Shown piece after piece: positions 1-11,365 of a DNA stretch of 64,000 nucleotides. The notes below the pieces were generated by a model. It worked only from the letters and a program-made list of their open reading frames with translations. It was not told where the DNA came from and did not search any database. The position numbers were made by a program, and so were the translations under genes. The stretch covers positions 21,142,001-21,206,000 of the forward strand of contig NC_043013.1 in the NCBI RefSeq assembly GCF_006345805.1, written 5' to 3'. Every line of letters starts with the position of its first letter. The stretch's first letter is position 1. Source of the stretch: Octopus sinensis (taxonomy: Eukaryota).

Positions 1-131
1 AGAGACATAGATATCCATGGATAAATATATGCGTATATATATCTTTATACCCATATATATATATGTATATATGTATAGATATGATATATAAATGTCCATA
101 TTTTATTCATGCCTATATATGTATATATATA

Positions 132-360
132 TATCACCTTGATCACCTTGATCGACCAGTCCGTCGGGAGTCCATTTGACACCGCTTGTCACACCACGCT
201 GTCCATTCCTCTCTGGATCGTGCCTTTCTCATCCACGTGATCCCAATCGTCCTCCTAAAATCGTAACTCCACCGTCGTGGAGGCTTTCCGAGTGGTCGTT
301 TCCGCTCGTACGAGTACCACTTGTCAACTGCGCAGGCCCACCGATTATCGGTGAACCGAT
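132..360 (-). mobile_element. 5'-truncated 3' end of an RTE-clade LINE
   Basis: Minus strand translates RFTDNRWACAVDKWYSYERKRPLGKPPRRWSYDFRRTIGITWMRKARSREEW, matching the RTE C-terminal pattern DxRW...W...KRPxGRPxxRW. It ends in a short tandem tail, GATCAAGGTGATCAAGGTGAT. Confidence 0.8.
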
Positions 361-455
361 TAATTATATATATATATATACGAAAGAAGGTTTGAAAATG
401 CAATTTTAAAAGATATTTATTTACTTTACCGGTTTCACTCTTTGGAAAAAGATTG

Positions 456-457
<2 letters not shown>

Positions 458-504
<47 letters not shown>

Positions 505-513
505 CGTACATAC

Positions 514-580
<67 letters not shown>

Positions 581-597
581 TAAAGTCTCAGAGAGAG
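458..597. repeat. (TA)n/(GA)n microsatellite
   Basis: Direct inspection. Confidence 0.95.
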
Positions 598-1148
598 ACG
601 TGTAAATTTATCAATGCATATATGCGTGTATACGTATAAATATCCATACGTATAGATATATAGACATATGTTATATGCATAAATGTTCATAAGTTTATTC
701 ATGCACATAAGATTCTATACGATTGTCTATACATACATATGTGCGTATGTGTATGTGTGTGTGTGTGTGCGTGTATGTAAGTATGTATGTGTGTATCATT
801 TATGCCTAACTACATATAATTATGTTTGTATAAATCAAATACGTTATGAACAGCTCGGCACACGGCAATATACTCGGTGAGAAAATACTAAATTTAAAGT
901 TAAGCTGATCATTATTAAATCACGGTTAACTAATCTAAGAAAATGGATGTCTTTATACGTCGGAATTCGATTTGTCTTTGGCGTATTATCTATAATGGTA
1001 TTCGTCTTCTACAGAATCACAACGAAAATGTGAATTAACAGAAAAGTAGGAAGAGCATAGCTGCCATTTTTGTTATGGTGCCACTTACAGTCTCAGAACA
1101 CACAAAATTCGCAGACAAAATATTAAGAGAAACATTACTCACACATTC

Positions 1149-1155
1149 ACGCATA

Positions 1156-1232
<77 letters not shown>
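1149..1232. repeat. (CA)n microsatellite
   Basis: Direct inspection. Confidence 0.95.
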
Positions 1233-1504
1233 ACAAACATACATAAACCCAAACACGTATGATAAACATTTCCGATAAAGAGATCCTATGGTATTTATTG
1301 ACGAGCACGCTTAGTTCCGATCTGTGTCAAATTATATTAACAATTCTCCGGTCTAAACACAGTTGCATCCACTTCAACGATAATGTCAGCGGCACCCCGA
1401 CACCGCCATCGCCACCGCCAACATCGCTATCGTTACCAGCAGCAGTTTCGTCGTCGTCGTCGGCAACAACAGCAAACATACTAACCAGCAACGACAACAG
1501 CATC

Positions 1505-1554
1505 TATAATAATAATAATAATAATATAATAATAGCAATAACAATAACAATAAC

Positions 1555-1603
<49 letters not shown>

Positions 1604-1618
1604 TAATATTATATAATA

Positions 1619-1678
<60 letters not shown>

Positions 1679-1699
1679 TAATAATAATAATAATAATAT

Positions 1700-1742
<43 letters not shown>

Positions 1743-1771
1743 TAATAATAATAGCAATAACAATAATAATA

Positions 1772-1814
<43 letters not shown>

Positions 1815-1926
1815 AATAATAATATAATGATAAAATAATAATAATATAATATAATAATAATAATAATAGCAATAACAACAATATAATAATAATAATAATA
1901 ATAGCAATAACAATAACAATAATAGC

Positions 1927-1956
<30 letters not shown>
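1505..1956. repeat. Long imperfect (AAT)n microsatellite with AAC/AGC variants
   Basis: Direct inspection; it explains the poly-I/L/Y ORFs here. Confidence 0.95.
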
Positions 1957-1957
<1 letters not shown>

Positions 1958-2114
1958 GTCACAATAAAACCAAATTTGTGTTGGCACATTGTTGCAACAG
2001 TGTTGGCTATCGTGAGAGACCAGCAATCAGATTTGTGAGAACATGACAACAACACACGTATTTATTAGAATAACTAAATGAAGTAACAAGAGATTAATGT
2101 GAATATTTTAATAT

Positions 2115-2190
2115 GTGAGAGAGAGAGAGAGAGAGAGAGAGAGGGGAGGTGCGTTGAGGAAAATAGAGAGAGAGATTAAAAAGAAAAAGT

Positions 2191-2248
<58 letters not shown>
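2115..2248. repeat. (GA)n and (GATA)n microsatellites
   Basis: Direct inspection. Confidence 0.9.
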
Positions 2249-3108
2249 AATGTACGAAGAGAGGTTGGAAGAGGAAGTACGGATAATAAAATTTATCGAT
2301 TAGTTTGAATCCGTTTCACAAGAATAAATGTTAAGTGAAGGTGTGAAGCCAGAGTTCCAATCCAGCAGTGACCTGAATCGGAGAGAACGTTCTCGAGGTC
2401 AAATAACATTAAAGCAATCTGCTACATTAATGGCGAACTAAATAGATTATAACATTTGGAGAGAAATTTTGACGTCAAAAATTCGGATAATATTGATAAT
2501 ATATTGAATATGAGTGAACATCGAATCATCAATGGATTTTAATTTGTTGAAAGATAAAGACCAGGGGTAACGAAAGCGAGCGCGTACGTGGCAGAGGATC
2601 ATTTGGCCGTGAATTTAAAATGTTAAAGGTCTTTCTTCTTTTGTGCTCTCTTCTAATATTACAGAATTTACCTGAAGCATGGATTTGAAACATTCCGTGA
2701 TTTTTTTTTTTTGTGTTTTTATGTTTAGTTTTATTTTTTTATTTCAATCTCAATCTAAAGACATCGTCACAAATGGAGACAGCTGACCCTTAGAACCTAA
2801 GTCTTCTGTAGTGGAATGTTTACAGAGCATTATGAAAGAAATATAAGTGAATTAAAGCTGCTAAAAGGCATCTTTTGTAATATAAGGGAAGTATTTAATG
2901 TCCTCTCTTAATGTTTCTATCGAGATTTATAGAATGACATTTATGAAAGATAATAAAACAGTTTACCCTTTGCAATTCAGTTTTAAACCGTTGGATCACA
3001 TTTCAGTCAGTCAAACACAACAAAGCAATTCTGAAAATGTAAAACATTCACTTTCAGTCTTCGGCTATATTCAACTACGTCCAGTAGCGACAAGGGCGGG
3101 GGGGAGAA

Positions 3109-3486
3109 GCACTCCGTCGGTTACGACGACGAGGGTTCCGGTTGATCCGAATCAACGGAACAGCCTGCTCGTGAAATTAACGTGTTAGTGGCTGAGCACT
3201 CCACAGACATGTATACCCTTAACGTAGTTCTCGGGGATATTCAGCGTGACACAGAGAGTGACAAGGCCGGCCCTTTGAAATGCAGGTACAACAGAAACAG
3301 GAAGTAAGAGTGAGAGAAAGTTGTGGTGAAAGAGTACAGCAGAGATCACCACCATCCCCTGCCGGAGCCTCGTGGAGCTTTAGGTGTTTTCGCTCAATAA
3401 ACACTCACAACGCCCGGTCTGGGAATCGAAACCGCGATCCTATGACCGCGAGTCCGCTGCCCTAACCACTGGGCCATTGCGCCTTC
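3109..3486 (-). mobile_element. tRNA-derived SINE, head type D plus tail T1
   Basis: Reverse complement begins GAAGGCGCAATGGCCCAGTGGTTAGGGC (A box) ... GGTTTCGATTCCC (B box). Head and body are shared with 55458-55737; the 3' tail is shared with 3561-3861 and 42971-43279. Confidence 0.85.
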
Positions 3487-3560
3487 AGAGCGACAAGGAG
3501 GACTGACTGAGTGAATATAGCGATAGACATAATTTAATTCATCATAATTTTAATGCTAAT

Positions 3561-3861
3561 GAAGGCGCGTAGCTTAGTGGTTCGGGTAATTTGGTTTACG
3601 ATCGTAAGGCCTTGTGTTCGATTCCCGGCGGCGTGGTGTGTCCGTGAACAAGACACAATATTTCATGTTGATCCAGTCCACTCAGCAGAAAAAAATGAGT
3701 TGTAACTGTAGTTTAAAGGGCCAGCTTTGCCACACTGTCAAGCTGAATCTCGCCGTGAACTACGTTAAGGATACGCTGCTCAACCACTTGCACGTTAACT
3801 TCACGAGCAAGCTGTTCCGTTGATTGGATCGACTGGACCTTGCTGTAATCGACAGAATTGC
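3561..3861 (+). mobile_element. tRNA-derived SINE, head type C with CORE-like segment plus tail T1
   Basis: A box TAGCTTAGTGG and B box GTTCGATTCCC, then a CORE-like segment GTGTCCGTGAACAAGACAC...CCAGTCCACTCAGC. A homologous copy lies at 42971-43279. Confidence 0.85.
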
Positions 3862-4376
3862 AAAAGTAGAATTAATTAATTTGTTCGTTCTGTCGGAGGA
3901 TCAACTGAATCGTTGCCGTGTCAGAAACAACTTCTGGTAACTGTTCCCGCTCTTTGTGTTCTGAGTTCAAATAACCCCAAGGTAAACACCGCCTTTAATC
4001 GTTCTACTGCTAGTTAACAAAGTACCGCTCAAATAACGGAAACAATTCCAGTCTGTTTTTCAGAGTCAGTGACAGTATACAGTGTGAAGGCCATTAGATA
4101 CCATACAGGGTTTCCCCTACACTCGAAGAGATGAGGGAGATTGCAATTGCAGATCAGCCACCGTTTCGCATTTATTATAACTACAAAAAGAGACCAACAT
4201 GGGTATAAGGCGAACACCGACGTACTATAGTGAATAGAACAGGCTTATAGTACAATAATAGTAGCGGTGGTAGGGCGGTGGCGGTGGTGGAGTAGTAGTA
4301 GTAGTAGTATAGTAGTAGTAAAAGTTGACGGTGTGTACAGACAAACACCAATGTAGGAAATGGACCAGATGAACAA

Positions 4377-5040
4377 GGGTGGTTGTGTGGTAAGAAGATG
4401 GCGAGCTGGCTGAAATGGTTAGCTCGCCGGGCGAAATGCGTAGCCGTATTTCGTCTGCCGCAACGTTCTGAGTTCAAATTCCGCCGAGGTCGACTTTGCC
4501 TTTCATCCTTTCAGGGTCGATAAATTAAGTACCAGTTGTGTACTGGGGTCGATATAATTGACTTAATCCATTTGCCTGTCCTTGTTTGTCCCCCCCCCCT
4601 GTGTTTAGCCCGTTGTAGGTAGTAAAGAAATAGCTATTTCGTCTGCTGCTACGTTCCGAGTTCAAATTCCGCCGAGGTCGACTTTGCCTTTCATCCTTTC
4701 GGGGTCGATAAATTAAGTACCAGTTACGCACTTAATCGACTTAATCCCTTTGTCTGTCCTTGTTTGTCCTCTCTGTGTTTAGACCCTTGGGGGCAATAAA
4801 GAAATAAGAAGATGGCTTCCCAACCATATGGTACCGTGTTCAGTTCCACTGCCTGACAACTGGTGCTGGCGTGTTTACGTACCCGTAACTTAACGGTTCA
4901 GAAAAAGACAGCCATTAGAATAAGTAACATGCTTTAAAAAACATAAGCTCTGGAGGGGATTCATTCGAATAAAAGTTTCCCCAAGGCTGTATCCCAGCAT
5001 GGCCGCAGTCTAATAACTGAATCAAGTAAAAGATAAAAGA
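4377..5040 (+). mobile_element. Old type-A SINE interrupted by a nested type-B SINE dimer
   Basis: The type-A head GTGGTTGTGTGGTAAGAAG resumes at 4817 as TTCCCAACCATATGG and ends in the CAAGTAAAAGATAAAAGA tail. Confidence 0.7.
4397..4804 (+). mobile_element. Type-B tRNA-derived SINE dimer (one full unit, one 5'-truncated unit)
   Basis: Two head-to-tail copies of GTTCAAATTCCGCCGAGGTCGACTTTGCCTTTCATCC, flanked by the exact direct repeat TAAGAAGATGGC at 4391-4402 and 4805-4816. Confidence 0.85.
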
Positions 5041-5250
5041 TAACAGTAATGATGATAGAATTTGAGTTAATGGAGAATGTAGACAGACACTGATGTTGTG
5101 TAGTGAACGGCGCGATGAATAATTAAATTCACGAATGGTCTACAGACTCTGTCACTTAAATTCTATGGATTTTACCAACCTCATTTAATAAAGTAAATAT
5201 TTTTGCTGGGTCACATTTTCCAAAGACATTTTTTTTTAATTCTATGTATA

Positions 5251-5645
5251 GGCGCAGGAGTGGCTGTGTGGTAAGTAGCTTGCTAACCAACCACATGGTT
5301 CCGGGTTCAGTCCCACTGCGTGGCATCTTGGGCAAGTGTCTTCTGCTATAGCCCCGGCCGACCAATGCCTTGTGAGTGGATTTGGTAGACGGGAACTGAA
5401 AGAAGCCTGTCGTATATATGTATATGTATATATGTATGTGTTTGTCCCCCTAGCATTGCTTGACAACCGATGCTGGTGTGTTTATGTCCCCGTTACTTAG
5501 CAGTTCGGCAAAAGAGACCGATAGAATAAGTACTGGGCTTACAAAGAATAAGTCCCGGGGTCGATTTGCTCGACTAAAGGCGGTGCTCCAGCATGGCCGC
5601 AGTTAAATGACTGAAACAAGTAAAAGAGTAAAAGAGTAAAGAGTA
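5251..5645 (+). mobile_element. Full-length type-A tRNA-derived SINE
   Basis: GGCGCAGGAGTGGCTGTGTGGTAAG head, GGTTCAGTCCC B-box-like motif, internal (TA/TG) tract and (GTAAAAGA)n tail. Near-identical copies at 27516-27930 (-) and 37361-37754 (+). Confidence 0.9.
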
Positions 5646-5656
5646 TAGACATAAAC

Positions 5657-6027
5657 GTGGCTGTCCGATTGAGAAGCTTGCTTCCCGACCACACGGTTTC
5701 GAGTTCAGACCTACTGCGTGATACCTTTGGCATGTGTTTTCTGCTATAGCCTCGGGTCGGGTCGACCAAACTCTTATGAGTGGATTTGGTTGATGAAAAC
5801 TGAGAGAATCCCATCATATATTGTGTGTGTGTGTGTGTGTGTCTGTGTGTCTGTGTATGTGTGTGTGTGTCAGAGTCTGTGTGTGTGTTTTTGTTCACTC
5901 ACACACCACTTGAAAAATTATGCTGGTTTGTTTGCGTTTCCTTAACTTGGAATTTCGGCTTAAAAGACCGAAAGAATGAGTGCCACATGAAACATAAGTA
6001 CTGGGGTCGATTTGTATGACTAAAGCC
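5657..6027 (+). mobile_element. Diverged type-A SINE
   Basis: Colinear but degenerate match to 5251-5645. Confidence 0.75.
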
Positions 6028-6506
6028 CAATGACAATTAGAGAGAGAGAGAGGGGGTAGATACACATGTATACACACATGTATGTATGTATTTATGTATG
6101 TAAGTATGTGTGTATGTATGTATGTGTGTGTATGTATTATGTATACTTGTGTATGCGTGTGATTGTGAGTGAGAAGCTGCACGTTATCAAAATGTCTGCT
6201 GTCGTCTCACATCCATTCCATACTGTCAAAAGCAATAATGTAAAAGCATTGATTCAAACGGCAATTTTTGTACAATGTTTGTCAAGAATTCAAACGTATT
6301 AATTCGACAACAACATATCGATATAAAAGCAATAACGACATCATTCTCATTCTGACGATTTTCATTTCACTTCAATTTGAGTTTGAGAATCATGAATTCA
6401 ACCCAATAAATACCAGTCATATAATGAGTACGATCTTGCTAACTAGATCAAATAGCGACGGAGGTCTAACACAGGACAATGTGAAGAATCAATATATAAA
6501 TCTACA

Positions 6507-7128
6507 AAGGCGGCGAACTGGCAGAAACGTTAGCACGCCAGGCGAAATGCGTAGCCGTATTTCGTCTACCGTTACGTTCTGAGTTCAAATTCCGCCGAGG
6601 TCGACTTTGCCTTTCATCCTTTCGGAGTCGATAAATTAAGTACCAGATACGCACAGGGGGCGATGTAATCGACTTAATCCGTTTGTCTGTCCTTGTTTGT
6701 TCTCTCTGTGTTTAGCCCCTTGTGGGTAGTAAAGAAAGAGGTATTTCGTCTGTCGCTACGTTCTGAGTTCAAAATTCCGCCGAGGTCGACTTTGCCTTTC
6801 ATCCTTTCGGGATCGATTAATTAAGTACCAGTTACGGACTGCTGTCGATGTAATCGACTTAAGCCCTTTGCCTGTCCTTGTTTGTCCCCTCTATGTTTAG
6901 CCCCATGAGGGCAATAAAGACATAAAAACGTTAGCACACCGGGCGAAATTCTTAGCGTTATTTCGTCTGTCTTTACGTTCTGAGTTTATAATTCCACCGA
7001 GGTCGACTTTGCCTTTTATCCTTTCGGGATCGATAAATTAAGTGCCAGTTGCGTATTAGGGTCGATCTAATCGACTGCCCCCCTCCTCCCCAAAAATTTC
7101 GGGCCTTGTGCCTAGAGTAGAAAAGAAT
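6507..7128 (+). mobile_element. Type-B SINE trimer
   Basis: Three successive copies of the GAGGTCGACTTTGCCTTT body. The third carries a different 3' end (CCCCAAAAATTTCGGGCCTTGTGCCTAG). Confidence 0.9.
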
Positions 7129-7228
7129 ACATAAAATTTTCAAATCCTCGAGGCCATTCTCTTACCATTTACGCTCGGTTATGTCGTTTTTAGTTATTTC
7201 CCACCATAATTGGTGAATATTATAATTT

Positions 7229-7578
7229 ATCTGTTACTGGTTTCAGTTACTGGGTAGCGGCCATACTGGAGCACTGCTTTGAAGGACTTATTCGAATACA
7301 TCAACTACAGTACTTATCTGTATTGTCCCGGTACCCATTATATGCGTCTCTTTTTTCTGCTACGGTAATATAAACAAACCAACACCTATAGTGAAGTAAT
7401 GGCGGAAGACAAATACAAAGACACACAGACACACACAGGTAGAGTACATCTCTAAGTCTTCGTCTGACAAATCCACTCACATGACTTTAGTATTCCCGAG
7501 GCTACAGCAGAAGACACTTGGCCAAAGTGCATCGCAGTGGGGCTGTACCAGAAACCATTTGGTTGCGAAGCTACACCG
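7229..7578 (-). mobile_element. Diverged type-A SINE
   Basis: Degenerate reverse-complement match to type A (AATCCACTCAC, GAAGACACTTGGCCAAAGTGC). Confidence 0.65.
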
Positions 7579-8042
7579 CAATCCTTTGGGCCTAGAAGCG
7601 TCCGGACTGAAGATTATGAAAAAATCAATAAATCCTTTACAACATTTTATTTAGAGTAACAACGTGAGTGCATGAATTGGGTGTAACGTCGTGCAGAAGA
7701 TATCAACAACTACGTTCGCAAAGCTCTGCTTTTTTTAGCATTCTCGTTTTTTACCGCTTCTCGTTTTGGTGGGATATGCAGATACACACAAACTTGTAAA
7801 TTTTCCGTTGTATCTTTAAATTTTCCCAAACCATTATTATTATTTCTTTTTTTTTTGCATTTTTATCATGATATACAAAAAATTGTTGAAACCGGTTTGG
7901 TAGCTTAATGATTCTATAAAAAATTTTAAAACGACTACACTTTTTGGGATCCCAAATATATTCTATATTCTTTCTGCGTGGGAATACACTTCTTCTCTCC
8001 ATATATATGTGTGTGTGTGCATGTATCCGCTTATATATATTA

Positions 8043-8114
<72 letters not shown>

Positions 8115-9032
8115 CTGATAGATTTTATTAGTTTTAACAAATCTTGTTTATTTTGTTGCTGAAGTTCTTGCAACAATCTCAGACGGTCAAACTCTGCCAA
8201 CAGTATTTGAGGCCAACCAGAATATAGTGTCAAAGTGTCGCGCCGTGGAACTGAAACTTGAACTACGGACTTACAATGTATACTTCTTAACCACACAGTT
8301 ATACTTGCGGCCCTATCACAATATCACTTCTCCCTGTCTTCCGAAATAAAATCTTTGTGTTTAGCCAACCAACATCTAATATATTGCTATGATATTACAC
8401 ATGATAATTCGGTATTAGCACTTAAATGGAAATCTACGAAAATTCCTTTGAATTATTTATTTCTGTGAATAGATAAGTAAAGTCTTATAGAATGCTATTT
8501 TGTAAGGAGACAACAGAACATTACTAGACGCACGCACAAAAATAATTCGAAAATTTATTGCAGATATAAAGAATTTGAGAAATTAGGTGACGTGTATTGG
8601 GTGCGTAAACAAAGTTGAAATTTACCAATTTTACCAACCTTCAGAAAGGTGATAAGAGTAAATGGTTAAGAAATCTACTGGAGCAGATGAAATGGTAGTG
8701 CAGTCCTTTTTCAATTCAAGTTCCAATCCATTACACTGCAGCATCCCGATTTTGATAAAATATCATTTAACGATTTTATTCAATCCGTTACACTACGTAG
8801 CAAATTTTAATCACCGACGTAAAAAAAAACATAATCCTTGTCTTCGCTGAATTTTTATTCATCAGATTTGTATTCACCAATTTTTTTCGTAATACTTTGG
8901 AGCAATTAGTTACATCCCTTCATGTACAACGTTCAAACTTTCATATTCACTGCAATTTAAACTCGTTAAAAAGAAAATACAGCTACGTTTTGTACGACGA
9001 CTAAATCACCCCAAAATGTCTGCTGTGATGTC

Positions 9033-9265
9033 TATTTCTTTACTATCCACAAGGGGCTAAACACAGAGGGGACAAACAAGGACAGACAAACGGATTACGT
9101 CGATTACATAGACCCCAGTGCATAACTGGTACTTAATCTATCGACCCTGAAAGGATGAAAGGCAAAGTCGATCTCGGTGGAATTTGAACTGAGAACGTAA
9201 CGGCAGACGAAATACGGCTACGCATTTCACCCGGCGTGCTAACGTTTCTGCCAGCTCGCCGCCTT
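9033..9265 (-). mobile_element. Full-length type-B SINE
   Basis: Reverse complement of the 6507 unit, ending in CAGCTCGCCGCCTT. Confidence 0.9.
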
Positions 9266-9359
9266 ATTGTGTGCTGTAATGCCACTTAGAGGGAGTAATT
9301 CAGAATGTGTGCCCTTGTGCCAGTGTTAAGGTTCAATATTGATTTTATTATTACCATTT

Positions 9360-9553
9360 AGACGGCGGACTAGTGGGAAAATTGCCTAGCGCAATATCTT
9401 CCGAAGCTTTGCGTCCTGATTTCAAATGCCTCCGAGGTCGACATTGTTATTCATCCTTTCGGGGCTTTTATAATTAGTACCAGTTGAGCACTGGGGTCGA
9501 TGTAATCGACAAACCCCCGCCTCCGATATCCCAGGCTTGTACGAAGAATTATT
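9360..9553 (+). mobile_element. Old type-B-like SINE
   Basis: Degenerate GAGGTCGAC...TCATCCTTTCGGGG...GTACCAGTTGAGCACTGGGGTCGATGTAATCGAC body. Confidence 0.65.
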
Positions 9554-10249
9554 ACCGTTTACTGGAATCGAGTCACTCAACCAAAAAGTGTTACGTAGGT
9601 TGGAAGCAGTTGTGGGTTGGTGATATAGGGGGCTTCTGACTATAGAAAATCTCCCTCCATGAGTTCTGTCTGACCAATGAAAGCATGGAGAGGTGGATGC
9701 TAAATGAGAGTATAATATAGAAACATGGTTTAATGATCCAAAGAAATTTGCTTCGTGAGCACATAGTCCTGGGTTTGATTAAATTGCACGGCATCTTAGG
9801 CAAACATCACCAACCTTATGTCTGTTAAGTGTGTCTTTGGATAGCGAGGATCATAGTATTGACAGCAATAAAACAATAGCCGAGAGGAGACCGAATGGAA
9901 GCATGGTTACACATACAACAAACTACACTCCCTCTTGTATGGTGATACCTGTGATAAAACTTTAGGCCTTTCTCACGTGAGCTGTTGAAGTTCTAGCATG
10001 ACCACGTGGCAATGAGACAAATCTAGAAACTTTGCGTCTTTTGGCTGATCACGTTCTCTCATTAACTTAAATTCAATTTAAATGAGCTTCATTAATTATA
10101 GTGTAATCGAGAGAAGAGGTGACGTCATACGATTTTATGTTCAGTTATTATGTAAATCAAGTGGGGGAAATGCGTAATGAACGAACGACACACCTTGAAA
10201 CCGTAAATCTATTACAAATATATATCTTGATTAAAACTGTCTGTGAATG

Positions 10250-10392
10250 TAGTAGTAGTAGTAGTAGTAGTATAGTAGTAGTAGTAGTAGTAGTAGCGGT
10301 GGTGGTTGAGAGATGAAGCAGTGTATGGACTAGCTGGTACTGGAGCTGGTGATAATGTTGGAATTTGTGGTGGTCACGGTTGAGTGATAGAA

Positions 10393-10440
<48 letters not shown>

Positions 10441-10608
10441 TCTGCGGTCGTTGTGAGATGGTGGTGGGGGATACAGAGTCGGTAGGAGAAATTGCGTATG
10501 AAATGCTGAAAAGAAAATTTCATGACGGCGTACCCCCACCCACGACACACGAATCACCGTCTCACGAACATTCACCGAAGATATATTCACACACACATAC
10601 ACACGAGA

Positions 10609-10661
<53 letters not shown>

Positions 10662-10738
10662 CATATACACATACACATATACATATACATATACATATAT
10701 ATATATATTTATATGTATGTGTATACATATACACATAC

Positions 10739-10769
<31 letters not shown>

Positions 10770-11043
10770 TATATTCATATTTATAATTATATTTATATAA
10801 TGTACATGCACACACGCATACACATTACATTATGTATAACTGAGTGTGCGTGTGATTGCATGTGTGTGAGTGTGTGCGTGTAAGTGTGTCTGTGTCTGTG
10901 TCTGTATGTGATTGACTGTGTTTACATAATTCTGTTGAGATACGGCTGCATATCAAGATGGAAAAATATTCATGAACAACTAGACAAGACAACCAGATGG
11001 AGAGACAGGCATTGGTCTGTGCCGCTATTTACAGTAAATACAA

Positions 11044-11074
<31 letters not shown>

Positions 11075-11150
11075 TACATACAAACATACATACACACATA
11101 CACACATACATACATACAAACATACAAACATACATACATACATACATACG

Positions 11151-11182
<32 letters not shown>

Positions 11183-11228
11183 CATACATAAATACATACA
11201 TACATTCATACATACATACATACATACA

Positions 11229-11260
<32 letters not shown>

Positions 11261-11365
11261 CATACATACATAATACATACATACGTACATACATACATAC
11301 ATACATACATACATACATACATACATACATACATACGTACATACATACATGCATACATACGCGTA
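10250..11365. repeat. Compound microsatellite block: (AGT)n, (TG)n, (TA)n, (CATA)n
   Basis: Direct inspection. Confidence 0.9.

Noticed and set aside
3561-3640. tRNA-like sequences with A and B boxes as tRNA genes
   Set aside because: Each continues into a conserved SINE body and tail, and I could not close a cloverleaf acceptor stem.
4525-4731. Recurrent ORFs such as MRNWYLIYRPRKDE (also 26012) and ...SRLPNPLT... (5242, 27689, 37357)
   Set aside because: They recur because they are antisense readings of SINE copies, not a gene family.
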